Shown: in pieces, positions 37,300-48,825 of the stretch
Numbering within the stretch: position 1 is the first letter of the stretch
Layout: every line of letters starts with the position of its first letter
Assembly (NCBI GenBank): GCA_003647275.1
Contig: QMMN01000010.1
Location: 1,121 to 65,120, forward strand
Length of the DNA: 64,000 nt
From: Deltaproteobacteria bacterium
Lineage (GTDB): Bacteria > Desulfobacterota > Desulfobacteria > Desulfobacterales > C00003060
Direction: 5' to 3'
Notes under the pieces: generated by a model
Told to the model about the DNA's origin: nothing
Database searches by the model: none
Seen by the model: only the letters and a program-made list of their open reading frames with translations
Program-made: the position numbers and the translations under genes

Positions 37300-39346
37300 C
37301 CCCTGTTTCCCCCTTCTTGTTTTCGAGGCCTGTAATTTCTGACACAGGTAGATATATTATAAAAACAGCGCCCCCCGCATCTGCTCCCTCTTTGTCTTTT
37401 GAGAACAAGGGTGGGCTCTGGACTTCTATTCTTCCTCCATGCTCCTGAATAATGCCGAAGGTAACCGACAATCCGAGACCAGTCCCTTTACCAACCGCCT
37501 TGGTGGTAAAAAAGGGATCGAAGATCTTATCTATCTTTTCGGGTGGAATGCCACGGCCGGTATCGGCCATAGAGATCACTAACTCACTATTTTTCTTGTC
37601 AAAACTGGTTGTTATAGTAATGGTTCCATCCGTGCCGATCGCATCATGGGCATTGTTAAGCAGGTTAACGAAGACCTGTTTGAGCTTCTCTTTGTCCCCC
37701 TTAACAGGAGGCAAATTGGCATCATAATCTCTTTTGATTGTCACTCTCTCTAACTTGAAAGTATGCTCCACAACAGATACCACTTCTTCAATGCATTGGT
37801 TTATATCGACCGAGGTCACAGTACTTTCCGTATGCCTGGAAAATCTCAGAAGGTCAGCCACAATCCTGCGGCATATCTTACTTTGCTTTTCTATGGTCTG
37901 AAGCCCTTCATAGATATCTCCACCCTCTGGCGCTTCCTCCAACAATAGTTGGGCATAGCCTAAGATAATCCCAATAGGCGTGTTAATCTCATGGGCGATA
38001 CCAGCGGCCAATTGTCCGATAGATTCCATCTTCTGAGATTGAACCAGTCTCGCCTGGATTTCTTTGAGTTCGGTTATATCTCTTCCACTCCAAAGAATAC
38101 CGGTTACATTTCCATCAGTATCATATACGGGTATCTTAACCACGTGGAACCACTTCTTGCCTTTGGCAGCCTGTACTTCGTCCTGCCTTTCAAACGGTTT
38201 ACCGGTCTCCATAACCCTCAAGTTTTCCTCATGGTTCTTCTCAGCAAGATCCCTAGGGAAAAGTTCAAAATCTGTCTTGCCGATAACATCTTTTTCTTCC
38301 TTAGAAATAAACTTACAGAATGCCTTATTAACAGCCCGGTATATTGATTCCCGATCTTGCAGGCAAACAATGTCAGGCGTTGCATCGAGAATGGTTTGAA
38401 GGAGCTGACTCTGCTGCCTCAATCTCTCTTCCGTTTCTTTCAGACCAGAAATGTGTTCATTGAGGGACAGGGCCATGACGTCAAAGGATTCAGCAAGATG
38501 CTGAATCTCATCCCCTGCATTTTTCCTGTAAACCTTACATTTTCGACAAGTGTCAATCTTCTGCGCATAGTCCCCTGCAACACAGGTTGGACACATGGTG
38601 CCAGCAAGATACCAGCAGCGACGGCGGGTATCGCCATAAGCCGGACACTGCTTCTTGTCGCACGACATGATTTCCCAGCAGTCTTGTTTCAACAAGGGGG
38701 CTGTTTGAGCGTCGAGATTCCCCTTGACAGCCTCTTCTGATGAACGACGGAGGATATTGATCCTTTTGGTCACCGTGCGGGCAAAGAATGTTCCCACAAA
38801 CCCTGCTATGATGATAACAAACCCGGTGGCTAAAAAGATGGTTCGCAAAAGTCTATTGATCGTTTCTTGTACTTTGGTCCTTGAAATGCCTATGTGTACT
38901 GCGCCAAATCGATCGCCGCCGATAAAAATAGGAACAGCAAAATCATATATAAGTTCCTTTCCTGTATTCAGAAGCTTTACATTAAAGTTTTTTTCAAGGG
39001 GCACGATGTTTGCCATTTTCAGCTCAACTGGAAAGCCCCCCTTAAACGAATGAACCAAGGTCTCCTTACCCTTATCGAGAATGAAAGTATAAGAAACATC
39101 GTCACTGAGGCGAGCGACTTCATCTAATAGATCATTCATCCGAAGGAAATCCATGGCCAAGATAGGTTCCCTTATGCGGGCAGCAAGATTTACAGCAATA
39201 GCAATCCCTCTCTTCTTATTTTCTTCTAAAAGTGAGTCTGTTACTATTTCACTCACGATCACCGATAAAACAATTCCAAACATAAGGAGTATAGAGATGA
39301 TCACAGTATAGATTTTAGTCCTAAAACTAAATTTTAATGTTATCAT
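37274..39346 (-). CDS. sensor histidine kinase, paralog of 22698..24713 (TM/periplasmic, HAMP, two-CW Cys module, PAS, HisKA, HATPase)
   Basis: [34 protein letters not shown]...CRKCKVYRK, the H-box [10 protein letters not shown], and DTGRGI...GTGLGLS. Confidence 0.85.
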   Translation of the reverse strand: MITLKFSFRTKIYTVIISILLMFGIVLSVIVSEIVTDSLLEENKKRGIAIAVNLAARIREPILAMDFLRMNDLLDEVARLSDDVSYTFILDKGKETLVHSFKGGFPVELKMANIVPLEKNFNVKLLNTGKELIYDFAVPIFIGGDRFGAVHIGISRTKVQETINRLLRTIFLATGFVIIIAGFVGTFFARTVTKRINILRRSSEEAVKGNLDAQTAPLLKQDCWEIMSCDKKQCPAYGDTRRRCWYLAGTMCPTCVAGDYAQKIDTCRKCKVYRKNAGDEIQHLAESFDVMALSLNEHISGLKETEERLRQQSQLLQTILDATPDIVCLQDRESIYRAVNKAFCKFISKEEKDVIGKTDFELFPRDLAEKNHEENLRVMETGKPFERQDEVQAAKGKKWFHVVKIPVYDTDGNVTGILWSGRDITELKEIQARLVQSQKMESIGQLAAGIAHEINTPIGIILGYAQLLLEEAPEGGDIYEGLQTIEKQSKICRRIVADLLRFSRHTESTVTSVDINQCIEEVVSVVEHTFKLERVTIKRDYDANLPPVKGDKEKLKQVFVNLLNNAHDAIGTDGTITITTSFDKKNSELVISMADTGRGIPPEKIDKIFDPFFTTKAVGKGTGLGLSVTFGIIQEHGGRIEVQSPPLFSKDKEGADAGGAVFIIYLPVSEITGLENKKGETGDGKNIGVG

Positions 39347-39413
39347 GCTAGGCAGTTAATCGTTCCGTTACTCTTCAATTTAAATTAATAGGATCCAGTT
39401 TTGTCTATTACAT

Positions 39414-39944
39414 TTAAAGTTTTTTTATTTTGGCATGGCTTCTACGCTCGCGCTTGGATGGACGGCGTGATGGTCCCTTCTTTTTTGTAGTGGGTATCCA
39501 GCTTATGTCCTCTTCTTCGCTAAAATCGGCAGGGGGAATGAACTCTCCATAAATGGCCATCGTCATCTTGTTTTCAAACTCGATTGAGTCTATGGTTGCC
39601 GATCCGTGTTTGGCAGCAAAATGGGCAATCTCCTTATCAGAAGTGACCACAACGACCCGCTCCCGTTCCCGGGTTATGATGCGCTTAATAACACTATCAG
39701 CCAACTCCCCTGGACGCGAAAAGACAACATGGATTCCCTTCCAGCGGGTCCTGGCTTCCATCAAACTGCCCGCACCTGCCCCATCAAAAACCACTGTCAT
39801 GGGATAGCGTTTCACTTTTTTATAAGAAACCAGCCGCTGCAGAAGGGCCTCCCGCCCTTCTGCCAGACTGCGGTGTTCAATGATGCTCAAGGTAGGAGAC
39901 TGACGGATCAGGTTGTATCCATCTATCACAATGTGAACAGACAT
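39414..39944 (-). CDS. NYN-domain protein (YacP/Rae1-like putative RNase)
   Basis: HIVIDGYNLI, VVFDGAG and VVVVTSDKEI. Confidence 0.7.
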   Translation of the reverse strand: MSVHIVIDGYNLIRQSPTLSIIEHRSLAEGREALLQRLVSYKKVKRYPMTVVFDGAGAGSLMEARTRWKGIHVVFSRPGELADSVIKRIITRERERVVVVTSDKEIAHFAAKHGSATIDSIEFENKMTMAIYGEFIPPADFSEEEDISWIPTTKKKGPSRRPSKRERRSHAKIKKL

Positions 39945-39953
39945 GAGAAGTTG

Positions 39954-40814
39954 TCACGAGGCCTTCAACCGGGCAATCAGCCGGCCCAGGTCATCATGGC
40001 TGTAAAACTCAATCTCAACCTTTCCCCGCTTTCCCCGGCGTATGATACGCACCTTGGTGCCAAGATGCCGGGTCAGCTCATCGGCCAGGTTCTCCACATA
40101 GATGTCCTCTGACGAGAGGGCCTTTGCCTTCGAAGCCTTGGGCTTGCGGGTTTTGAGTTTTTTGACCAGGACCTCTGCGGCCCGAACAGAAAGATTCCCA
40201 GAAACGATGCGGCGCCAAGCCTCTTTTTGCTGAGCAGGAGTCTCAGCACCTAAAAGCGCCCTCGCATGGCCCATGGTTAAGGTATTGTTGACAATATCAG
40301 CCTGGATCGGCTTGGGCAGATTCCGAAGCCGCAAAAAATTGGCCACCGTAGAGCGATCTTGGCCCACACGCTTGGCAACCCCTTCTTGGGTAAGGCCAAA
40401 TTCCTTGATCAGGCGATAATAGGCCTCGGCCTTCTCCACAGGATTCAGGTCTTGCCGTTGGATATTTTCAACCAAGGCCATCTCCAGCATTTCGGCCCCG
40501 GAGACATCCTTGACGACCACTGGAACCTGTTTGAGCCCGACCACCCGGGCTGCCCGCCAGCGGCGCTCTCCAACAATCAATTCATAGCCCGTGGAGGCTG
40601 GGCGCACAACAAGGGGCTGAATAACCCCTTGCTCCTTGATGGACACCCCCAAATCCCTTAGCTCCTGTTCGGTGAAGCGCCGCCTCGGCTGATATGGATT
40701 GGGCCGGATGGCATTAATATCACAGTAGAAAAAAGATCTCGGCTCCAGATCTGATGTGTCTACGTCAGCTATGAGGGCATCGAGTCCTCGACCTAACACC
40801 TGTTTTTTAGGCAT
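39954..40814 (-). CDS. parB: chromosome partitioning protein ParB
   Basis: LGRGLDALI, the ParB box GERRWRAA, and an HTH region. ATG 40814 overlaps the parA end. Confidence 0.9.
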   Translation of the reverse strand: MPKKQVLGRGLDALIADVDTSDLEPRSFFYCDINAIRPNPYQPRRRFTEQELRDLGVSIKEQGVIQPLVVRPASTGYELIVGERRWRAARVVGLKQVPVVVKDVSGAEMLEMALVENIQRQDLNPVEKAEAYYRLIKEFGLTQEGVAKRVGQDRSTVANFLRLRNLPKPIQADIVNNTLTMGHARALLGAETPAQQKEAWRRIVSGNLSVRAAEVLVKKLKTRKPKASKAKALSSEDIYVENLADELTRHLGTKVRIIRRGKRGKVEIEFYSHDDLGRLIARLKAS

Positions 40815-41583
40815 GGCGTGTCTCCCCACCGTTCATGATCTCTTGGGCCAGTGCCAGATAGCTCTTGGCTCCCCGGGATGTGATATCGTAAAGGAGTATG
40901 GGCTTTCCAAAACTGGGGGCCTCTCCCAGTCTCACGTTTCTCGGGATACGTGTCTTGAAAACCAGATTCTTAAAGTATTTCTCAGCCTCTTCGGCAACCT
41001 GATGCGAAAGGTTGTTTCGCCTGTCAAACATGGTCAGGAGCACCCCCTCCATGACAAGGCCGGGGTTCAGGTGCCTCTTGATGCGTCTGAAGGTTTGAAG
41101 GAGCTGGCTTAGACCTTCTAACGCATAAAATTCGCACTGCAGCGGAATCAACAAGGTGTGGGCCGCGGTCAGGGCGTTTACCGTAAGAAGGTTTAAGGAT
41201 GGAGGGCAATCAAGCAGGATGTAAGCAAAATCATCAGCAAGGGGTCTTAGGAGGTCCCGGAGGAAGGTTTCCCGATTTGGCTGTGAAATCAACTCCACCT
41301 CAACGCCAATCAGGTCAATACACGCAGGAATAACTTTTAGATAAGTCAAGTCCGTATCTACCACAAGACCTTCAACGGGATCCTTTTGAATCAAACCGTG
41401 ATAGAGGTTCTTTGTGAGTTCCGCCTTGTTGATACCCACGCCAGTTGTAGCGTTTCCCTGGGGGTCGCAGTCAACGAGCAGGGTTTTGCGCTCGGCCACA
41501 GCAAGGGCAGCGCCAAGGTTCACTGCGGTCGTGGTTTTGCCTACGCCCCCCTTTTGATTGGCTATACAAATAATGTGACTCAT
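40807..41583 (-). CDS. parA: chromosome partitioning ATPase ParA/Soj
   Basis: MSHIICIANQKGGVGKTTT, the deviant Walker A motif. The internal ATG 41583 is preferred. Confidence 0.9.
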   Translation of the reverse strand: MSHIICIANQKGGVGKTTTAVNLGAALAVAERKTLLVDCDPQGNATTGVGINKAELTKNLYHGLIQKDPVEGLVVDTDLTYLKVIPACIDLIGVEVELISQPNRETFLRDLLRPLADDFAYILLDCPPSLNLLTVNALTAAHTLLIPLQCEFYALEGLSQLLQTFRRIKRHLNPGLVMEGVLLTMFDRRNNLSHQVAEEAEKYFKNLVFKTRIPRNVRLGEAPSFGKPILLYDITSRGAKSYLALAQEIMNGGETRHA

Positions 41584-41812
41584 GGGGAAAATTTGTATTA
41601 CGACAGCCAGATACAAAATAAGCTGTCATTTTTAGCAACAAATACAGTAAAATTTTCTACCACAAAATCGGCTTTTTTCAAAGTCATAACCCCTTGGTCG
41701 AAAAAAAGGGGGCCCCCAAGTTTTTCTTGATTTGTTCGTTGCCCGCGATTATGTTAAAAATTAAAGGGTATTTAGCGTATCTTGAGGGAGGCCCGTACCT
41801 GACCAGCGTACC

Positions 41813-43255
41813 ATGCACCTTACAAAAATAGCCACATTAGCGCTTCTTATAACTGTCATTGCCATGAGAAACGGCCTTGAAGCCTACGCATTTCTCTCCT
41901 CCCAGATTTACTTGACGACCAAAGAAGAAGAGAAGCTGGGCAAGGAATTCATGCGCTATGTGAAGAAGCACTATGTATTTATTGAAGATCCTTTTATTGT
42001 AAGCTACGTCAACAAGATAGGTCACCATATCGTGGCACAGCTCCCATCCCCACCCTTTGACTTTCATTTCTATATTCTCGAGGAAGATGTTTACAATGCC
42101 TTTGCCGCGCCCGCCGGCCACGTATTCCTTCACAGTGGCCTACTTGCTGCCATGGAGAGTGAAGAAGAACTGGCTGGTATTCTCGCCCACGAGATTGCCC
42201 ATGTGTTGTGCCGCCATATCTCCAAGCAGATGAAACAGTCTCAAAAAATCGGTCTTGCCACACTGGCTGGTGCGCTGGCCGGAATTTTTTTGGGCGGAAG
42301 TCCCACAGCCACAGGCGCTATTACGTCGAGCTCCATTGCAGCCGGCATGTCCCTTTCCCTGAAGTACAGCCGAGAAAACGAAATCGAGGCCGACCAGGTC
42401 GGCCTCAAGTACCTGACCAAGGCTGGATACAGCGGTGGGGGACTCTTGAAGATTTTACAAAAGATACGCGCCAAACGATGGTTCGGCCCTGAACAAATCC
42501 CCTCTTATATGAGCACCCACCCAGCCATTGAGGATAGGATGGCTTATCTTGACACATGGATCCAGACCCACCCCGAAGCAGCCAAATCTGTGCGCCACAT
42601 GGATCCAACAGATTTTTGCAAGGTTCGAACCAAGTTAATCGCTCTGTATGGCGATCCCGGGGCAGCCCACAACACATTTGATGCCCAACTCCGAAAAAAC
42701 CCTAAAGACGCCCTGGCATATTATGGCAAAGGGCTTGTTCTTGACCGAGACGGTAAAAAGGAAGAGGCTGTGGAAAATCTTAAAAGGGCTGTGCAATTGC
42801 GCCCCGTAGATTCAGACATTCTCCGGGATTTAGGCAAGGCCTATTTTCACATGGGCGACTATGCTATCGCCTTGAAGACCCTGAAGGGAGCCCTTGCGTT
42901 TAGCCCCAAAGACCCGGAGGGATGGTTTCTCTTAGGGCGAGCACAAATGGAGATGGGGAATCTGCAAGGGGCCCTCGAAAGCTTCAAGACCCTGGTGAAT
43001 ACCGCCCCCGATTATTTGCCCGGCACCTATTATCTGGGGGAAGTTTACGGAAAGCTCGGCAACCTGGGAGAGGCCCACTACCACCTCGGCATTTACTATA
43101 AGGAAAAAGGACGATTAAAAAATGCTAAATTCCACCTGAATCGTGCCCTGGATTTGCTGACCAAAGACCCTGAAAAGAGGCTGACCATTGAGAAGGCCCT
43201 CAAAGAGCTTTCGGGGGCTCAAGGACACGATCGTAATGAGAAAAGTGCATGGTAA
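41813..43255 (+). CDS. M48-family zinc metalloprotease with C-terminal TPR repeats (BepA-like)
   Basis: Signal peptide, HEIAHV zinc motif, and TPR-like repeats in the C-terminal half. Confidence 0.8.
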   Translation: MHLTKIATLALLITVIAMRNGLEAYAFLSSQIYLTTKEEEKLGKEFMRYVKKHYVFIEDPFIVSYVNKIGHHIVAQLPSPPFDFHFYILEEDVYNAFAAPAGHVFLHSGLLAAMESEEELAGILAHEIAHVLCRHISKQMKQSQKIGLATLAGALAGIFLGGSPTATGAITSSSIAAGMSLSLKYSRENEIEADQVGLKYLTKAGYSGGGLLKILQKIRAKRWFGPEQIPSYMSTHPAIEDRMAYLDTWIQTHPEAAKSVRHMDPTDFCKVRTKLIALYGDPGAAHNTFDAQLRKNPKDALAYYGKGLVLDRDGKKEEAVENLKRAVQLRPVDSDILRDLGKAYFHMGDYAIALKTLKGALAFSPKDPEGWFLLGRAQMEMGNLQGALESFKTLVNTAPDYLPGTYYLGEVYGKLGNLGEAHYHLGIYYKEKGRLKNAKFHLNRALDLLTKDPEKRLTIEKALKELSGAQGHDRNEKSAW

Positions 43256-45257
43256 AAGTTCCGCGGCCTTGGGTGGCCGACCGGAGGGCCGTTGAATAGC
43301 CAAACATTTTCGACAACGGGACGGTTGCATCTATGATCTGCATTTCGCCCCTCCGATGTAAGTGCTCAATTTTACCTCCCCGTGCGTTGACATCACCGAT
43401 CACATCCCCCATAAAGTCCGCAGGTACCAGGATCTCCACAGCCATAATGGGTTCCAACAAAACCGGCCTCGCCTTTTGAAGACCCTCCTTGCAAGCCATG
43501 GACGCAGCGACCTTGAAAGCCAAAGGGCTGGAAAGAGATTCTTTATACGTGCCATCAACCAGAGCAACCGCCACATCCACAACAGGATATCCCAGAAGCA
43601 CGCCACTTTCCAATGACTCCATTACACCCTGCTCAATCGCCGGAACAAATTCGCTCAGCAATGATTCATCAGGTAAGTTGTTTACAAACCAGTTTCCCTG
43701 ACCTCGTTCTCTGGGTGACAGCTCAAGTACCACCTCGCCAAAGTGACGAATTCCCCCAATCTCTTTTTCGAATATGGCAGATGCTTGAGCCGCCTGCTCA
43801 ATGGCCTCCTTATAGACAACACGAGGCTTGCCCACATTAACCTGTGTATTAAACTCACGCTTTAGGCGGCTTACCAGGATCTCAAGATGAAGCTCTCCCA
43901 TACCAGAAATAATGATTTGACCTGTGTCTTCATCATGCTTGACCCGAAACGTAGGGTCTTCAGCTTCCAGCTTGCTAAGGGCCTGCTCAATTTTTTCCTG
44001 ATCAGCATGCGTCTTTGGCTCCACAGCCACAGAGATGACAGGCTCATAAGCATCGATTGGCTCAAGTACAATCGGGTTTGACGGATCACACAGGGTGTCG
44101 CCAGTACCCGAAGCCTTCAGGCCAACGACCCCCACAATATTCCCCACCCGTGCCTCACTGATACGCTCGCGCTTGTTGGCATGCATGGCAAGAATTCTCG
44201 CCACTTTTTCCTTTGCTTGCTTTGTAGAGTTGAAAACTTCGTCACCTGTATTTAGCCGGCCTGAATAGACCCGCACATAGGTTAATCTGCGGCCCTGATC
44301 CATCTTGACCTTAAATACCAAAGCAGCCAGGGGTGACTGGTCTGAGGGGCTGGCCGTCTTCACTTGCCCTGTGTCGGGGTCTACGCCCTCGACAGGTGGT
44401 ACGTCCAGAGGGCTCGGGAGAAAGTCGACAATACCGTCCAGCAGTAGTTGTATCCCCTTATTCTTGAGCGCAGCGCCACAAAACACAGGGACAAGTTTTA
44501 AGGAGCTGGTGGCTTTTCGGATACTGGAAACAAGCGCCTCAGGCGTTATGGGAACTTCGGATAGATAGGCTTCCATGATTTGATCGTCAATCTCTGCCAC
44601 TGATTCAACAAGTTTTTCCCGGTATTCAAGGGCCGTTTCCATCAAACCTTCGGGAATGTCTGTGACTCTGAAAGTTGCCCCCAGGGTCTCTTGATCCCAG
44701 ATGAGTTGTTTCATGTTTAGCAGATCAATCACCCCTTGAAAGGATTCCTCAATCCCTACCGGTATTTGCATCATGAGAGGATTGGCGCCCAGACGATCCC
44801 GCATCATCTGAACGGTTCCAAAGAAATCAGCACCAGCACGATCCAGTTTATTGACAAAGGCAATCTTTGGCACGCGGTACTTATCCGCCTGATGCCACAC
44901 AGTTTCTGACTGCGGTTGTACACCCCCCACTGCACAGAATACGCCGATCGCCCCATCCAAAACCCGGAGGGACCGCTCCACCTCAATGGTAAAATCGACG
45001 TGTCCTGGTGTATCAATGATGTGAATCTCGGCACCTCTCCAGTGGCAAGTTGTCACTGCCGAGGTAATGGTGATCCCGCGCTCTTGCTCATCCGGCATCC
45101 AGTCCATGACCGCCTCACCATTGTGGACCTCGCCCATCTTGTAAGATCGACCTGTATAGTAGAGTATACGCTCTATGATGGTGGTCTTGCCTGCATCAAT
45201 ATGGGCAATGATGCCGATGTTTCTGATTTTACTGGTGGATAAAGTTTTTTTCCCCAT
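43200..45257 (-). CDS. fusA: elongation factor G paralog
   Basis: [17 protein letters not shown] and NKLDR. It is not in an str-operon context. ATG 45257 ([15 protein letters not shown]) is preferred. Confidence 0.88.
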   Translation of the reverse strand: MGKKTLSTSKIRNIGIIAHIDAGKTTIIERILYYTGRSYKMGEVHNGEAVMDWMPDEQERGITITSAVTTCHWRGAEIHIIDTPGHVDFTIEVERSLRVLDGAIGVFCAVGGVQPQSETVWHQADKYRVPKIAFVNKLDRAGADFFGTVQMMRDRLGANPLMMQIPVGIEESFQGVIDLLNMKQLIWDQETLGATFRVTDIPEGLMETALEYREKLVESVAEIDDQIMEAYLSEVPITPEALVSSIRKATSSLKLVPVFCGAALKNKGIQLLLDGIVDFLPSPLDVPPVEGVDPDTGQVKTASPSDQSPLAALVFKVKMDQGRRLTYVRVYSGRLNTGDEVFNSTKQAKEKVARILAMHANKRERISEARVGNIVGVVGLKASGTGDTLCDPSNPIVLEPIDAYEPVISVAVEPKTHADQEKIEQALSKLEAEDPTFRVKHDEDTGQIIISGMGELHLEILVSRLKREFNTQVNVGKPRVVYKEAIEQAAQASAIFEKEIGGIRHFGEVVLELSPRERGQGNWFVNNLPDESLLSEFVPAIEQGVMESLESGVLLGYPVVDVAVALVDGTYKESLSSPLAFKVAASMACKEGLQKARPVLLEPIMAVEILVPADFMGDVIGDVNARGGKIEHLHRRGEMQIIDATVPLSKMFGYSTALRSATQGRGTFTMHFSHYDRVLEPPKAL

Positions 45258-45347
45258 TGGCTGTTCGTTATTCGGACACGGGGTGCTTGTTTTGAAGCCG
45301 TCAGGCACAATTTTGTGCTAAATCATTATCCCATTGACGATTTGCGA

Positions 45348-45917
45348 CTATTTGATCATAAGCATGTCTGGCCGAAAAGGAAATCGGATATCGATGTGAC
45401 CTGCCAGTGTTTTCGCCTCCTGCCCCTCGATCAGGATCTTTACAGCCTCGACCTCAGGGACGTTGAGGACCACTGTGTTAACAATCGAAAATATGGTAAG
45501 CAGCTCGCACAAGCTACCCCCTGGATGCTGCTCGCTGATGGCCCTGTCAAAATCTACATAGGCGATACCATCTTTTGTGACATAGAGCGCTAAGAGCTTT
45601 GTTTCGGCCGGAACGGTTGGGGTCAATGGCCCCTTTGGTCCCTCGATGAGAGCCTGCACGATGACCTTTACGCGCTCAACTACGCTATCTGGTTGAGCCA
45701 GGAGGCGTTCTTCAGCTGTAAGAAACCGGTGATCGGCATCCGAAAAGTAAAGATGTACCCTCGCCTCGGTCGATTTTAGGAGGAAACTGCGGGGACCCGC
45801 TTCAGGCCCCTTATTTGCATTTGCCAACCACAAGGCCCTGTAGCGATAGGCAAGGAGTCCAGCTGTGGCGATGCAAATAACCAGTGTAGCTATCAGACCA
45901 TGGTGTCGTATTGTCAT
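45348..45917 (-). CDS. GerMN-domain lipoprotein-like protein
   Basis: An N-terminal TM/signal region followed by a GerMN-like pattern (VIVQALIEGP...LLALYVTKDGIAYVDF...ILIEG). Confidence 0.6.
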   Translation of the reverse strand: MTIRHHGLIATLVICIATAGLLAYRYRALWLANANKGPEAGPRSFLLKSTEARVHLYFSDADHRFLTAEERLLAQPDSVVERVKVIVQALIEGPKGPLTPTVPAETKLLALYVTKDGIAYVDFDRAISEQHPGGSLCELLTIFSIVNTVVLNVPEVEAVKILIEGQEAKTLAGHIDIRFPFRPDMLMIK

Positions 45918-46066
45918 GATTCGTCTCTATCCCCTAAGATAGAATAAAATGAAAGGTTTTTACGCAACTATCGTCTCTATGTCAAGGATAAGACAACCAA
46001 ACCAACTGGTACATTGCCACATCATCTAGCCAGGGATAAAAAATCTGTAAAAAAATGAAATAAGCC

Positions 46067-46096
46067 TCAAGTTCTTTAACTAAAATGCCGATCTAA
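46067..46096 (+). promoter_or_regulatory. candidate sigma28 (FliA)-type promoter
   Basis: TCAAGTTC-N12-GCCGATCT compared with the consensus TAAAGTTT-N11-GCCGATAA. It lies about 20 nt upstream of the riboswitch. Confidence 0.35.
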
Positions 46097-46116
46097 GAAC
46101 AGGTATAGTTTATGAA

Positions 46117-46214
46117 ATATCGTTGAAGGGCAAACCTCCCGAAAGGTAGGGGCGCAAAGCTTCCGGTCTAAATCCCCCTGATGCGGATAGGACAGCGGGG
46201 CTACCAAACGATAG
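46117..46214 (+). promoter_or_regulatory. c-di-GMP-I (GEMM-I) riboswitch aptamer
   Basis: GAAGGGCAAACCUCCCGAAAGGUAGGGGCGCAAAGCUUCCGGUCUAAAUCC...GGACAGCGGGGCUACCAAACG aligns block by block with V. cholerae Vc2 (CAGGGCAAACCAUUCGAAAGAGUGGGACGCAAAGCCUCCGGCCUAAACC...GGUAGCGGGGUUACCGAUGG). P1 is UAUCGUU/AACGAUA. Confidence 0.88.
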
Positions 46215-46221
46215 CAAGGAA

Positions 46222-46257
46222 CAGCCTGCTTCTTTCCTTTCGAGAGCGGCTTTTTTT
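46222..46257 (+). terminator. intrinsic terminator forming the riboswitch expression platform
   Basis: The GCCTGCT...AGCGGC stem is followed by T7, 20 nt before ATG 46277. Confidence 0.6.
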
Positions 46258-46276
46258 AGGGCCAAGGAGGTGGATC

Positions 46277-47551
46277 ATGCAAGTTACCGGTACCTATAAT
46301 AATTACCTGTCCGTGACCAATCTCCTTTCACCTCTGGGTGTAAGGGGCTCCGGGACCTTGGTCATGCAGGTCTTTTCATCGGCCATGAAAAATCTCCAAG
46401 ACAAGACGAACCAGCAAATATTTTCCCAGGAATCTGATGCTGCCCTAAAACAACTTTACAACGAAGTTTCGAATTTAAATAGCCAGGCTGAAAAATTGAC
46501 ACTCACCGATTTCTATTCCGTTTTCAACGACCGCACGCCAACCTCTTCGGACCCCAACGTGTTGACGGCTACGGCCGTGGACGCCTTTTCGCCGGATTCC
46601 GGAGCGGCAGAGGCCACCTATAATGTTTCGGTTACCGATCTGGCTCTAGCCCAGGAAAATACCGGCCTGGCATTGAATGCGGCTGATCCCAGCGTGGTTA
46701 ACCTGGGAAGCAATACCTTCAATATTAACATTAACGGCCAGGACCATGAACTCGGCATTGAGGTCGTGGATGGCGATACAAACGAGGCTGTCCTCCAAAA
46801 AATGGCAGCAGCCATTAATGACGCGAGCATCGGTGTGACCGCGCAAATAACCAACGGCAGTGTGGATGGGACTCAACATTTAGTGATCACGGCCGATCAA
46901 ACCGGAACGGCCAGTTCCTTTGCTGTCTCCGATATATCCGGTAACGCCGTGACCGCGACCGGTGCCGACACCGTGTCAACTGCGGCTCAGAATGCGGCAT
47001 ATACGGTTGATGGAACCGGCTATACGTCTGAAACCAACACCATTTATCTGGATGATGGCCTAGTTACGGTGAACCTAAAAGGAACGGGAGAAGCGATATT
47101 GACAGTAGCCCCGGATCAAAATGAGGTCAAGGATGCCATAACCGCCTTTGTGTCCGAGATAAATTCATTTATCGGCTTTCTGGAAAACAATAGTGATTAC
47201 ATCCAGGATGAGGTCCTTTCATCCGTGAACTCTTTTATCGCCAAGCACAGGGGTGAGCTTGAGTCCTTTGGTATCACCCAAGCAGAAGATGGAAAGCTTG
47301 TGATAGATACCGACAAACTGGGTACAGCCGTGAGAGATAACCTTTCAGATATTAAAGACACGTTTGGTGGTTTGGACGGATTGGCCATACAGACAAAAAA
47401 CTATACCTCTCATATAGCAACTGACTCCCCTCTTAATTATGCCAAAGAAGCAGAGGGTATGAGTATGAATTTTGTTGATTATATCTACGATACTTCCGCA
47501 ACAATGCTGGAAGGCATTGTCCAGGGAATGCTGCTCAACACCTTTGGTTGA
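46277..47551 (+). CDS. FliD (flagellar cap/HAP2)-like domain protein, orphan context
   Basis: AAGGAGG RBS. Central and C-terminal segments resemble FliD (ATYNVSVTDLALAQ, AYTVDGTGYTSETN, KLVIDTDKLGTAVRDNLSDIKDTF). The N-terminus is atypical. Confidence 0.6.
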   Translation: MQVTGTYNNYLSVTNLLSPLGVRGSGTLVMQVFSSAMKNLQDKTNQQIFSQESDAALKQLYNEVSNLNSQAEKLTLTDFYSVFNDRTPTSSDPNVLTATAVDAFSPDSGAAEATYNVSVTDLALAQENTGLALNAADPSVVNLGSNTFNININGQDHELGIEVVDGDTNEAVLQKMAAAINDASIGVTAQITNGSVDGTQHLVITADQTGTASSFAVSDISGNAVTATGADTVSTAAQNAAYTVDGTGYTSETNTIYLDDGLVTVNLKGTGEAILTVAPDQNEVKDAITAFVSEINSFIGFLENNSDYIQDEVLSSVNSFIAKHRGELESFGITQAEDGKLVIDTDKLGTAVRDNLSDIKDTFGGLDGLAIQTKNYTSHIATDSPLNYAKEAEGMSMNFVDYIYDTSATMLEGIVQGMLLNTFG

Positions 47552-47961
47552 TCTGGATTACTCAAAAAAATATCCATCAGCATCTCAATTCTTCCCTTTG
47601 ACCGGGCAGGAGTCCTTTGTGCCAAGGAAGGGTAGATGGATCGAGGATAGCCAAAAGATTTTATCTCATCCCTTCCTGTAAGGATCAATTTACCTGGCGT
47701 GTCGCGACTCGTTCCACCTCTAGAGATGCAGGTCCAGTTGACAGATTTCCTTTCTCATGTTTCCTTTTTCATCCACCCAATCTTCAAAAAACATCCGGAA
47801 AAGTGAGCCCGCACGTTCGATGACCTTTCTACGACGAAGCTCTACACCTGCCTGAGAAAGCAATCTCACGGGGAGGTTTTGATATGTCCTTCGAGGTTAC
47901 GGCTCATTGTGGGGGGTGCGAGTATTTCGGCACCCATCTTTCAGAATGGGCAAGGCAAACC

Positions 47962-48249
47962 TTAATCACGGTGGACAAGAAATCCAATTGAGGCGAGAAT
48001 AACAATGATGAAACCGAATCCAAAATAGATCGCAGTAAAGTGGTCTATCTTTTCAAGGTTGGGACCAAGCAACTCATCTCGGTTAAAGATATATCCCCAG
48101 TACAACGTGAAAAGGTAATTTATAAGCAGTGCCAGTTTTATCCGTCCAAAAAGCATGGCGAGTGTGCTCAGCGCCAGGAGCAACGCTATTTGAAAAAGAG
48201 GTACAGACAGTTCGGTTGCATGAAGAAACGCCATAAGCCCCTCTCTCAT
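47962..48249 (-). CDS. small hypothetical membrane protein
   Basis: A 95 aa ORF with three hydrophobic helices and no recognised family. Confidence 0.4.
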   Translation of the reverse strand: MREGLMAFLHATELSVPLFQIALLLALSTLAMLFGRIKLALLINYLFTLYWGYIFNRDELLGPNLEKIDHFTAIYFGFGFIIVILASIGFLVHRD

Positions 48250-48790
48250 AAAGTTTTACATTGATTTGTATTATACGAAATCTCTTTTTTAAAGTCAACA
48301 TGGATATGATTCTTGATACTGGAACCCAGTCTACCACCCTTTAAAAAATATAAGCGTGTGTCTCTGCGGCACCTGCAGAAACTTACAGGACTTCCCCCAA
48401 AAATTGATCTATAAATTAGTGAAGGATTATAATATCGGGCAGTTACTGGTGTTAGAAAGTAGAAAAGTGATTTTTTGAAAAATAGGGAAATTGTTTGTTG
48501 GGTTAATTAAAGGTGAGCCTCCTGTATGATAGATATCGGGGCGGTAGGTTGAATAGACCAAGTAATATACACCGGATACACCAGAGGAATCAAATGGAGG
48601 ATAGCAAAGTGACGGTCAAATTACAAGAGAAAATTGTTCATTTCTTTATGATACCGCCCATTACACTTTCAGCGTAAGCCGCACATCTCATCCGTAACAA
48701 TCCTCACTCAGAGAGTGCCGACCTATATATGAAAAAAATCGAAAAAATACTATATCTCGTATTTTGTTGTCCTAAAACCACAATATATGC

Positions 48791-48819
48791 TTGACATCTC
48801 CATTTTGGTGTGCTAAAGA
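48791..48819 (+). promoter_or_regulatory. sigma70-type promoter (extended -10) in ORF-free region
   Basis: TTGACA, a 17-nt spacer, then TGcTAAAGA. Confidence 0.4.
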
Positions 48820-48825
48820 AATAAT

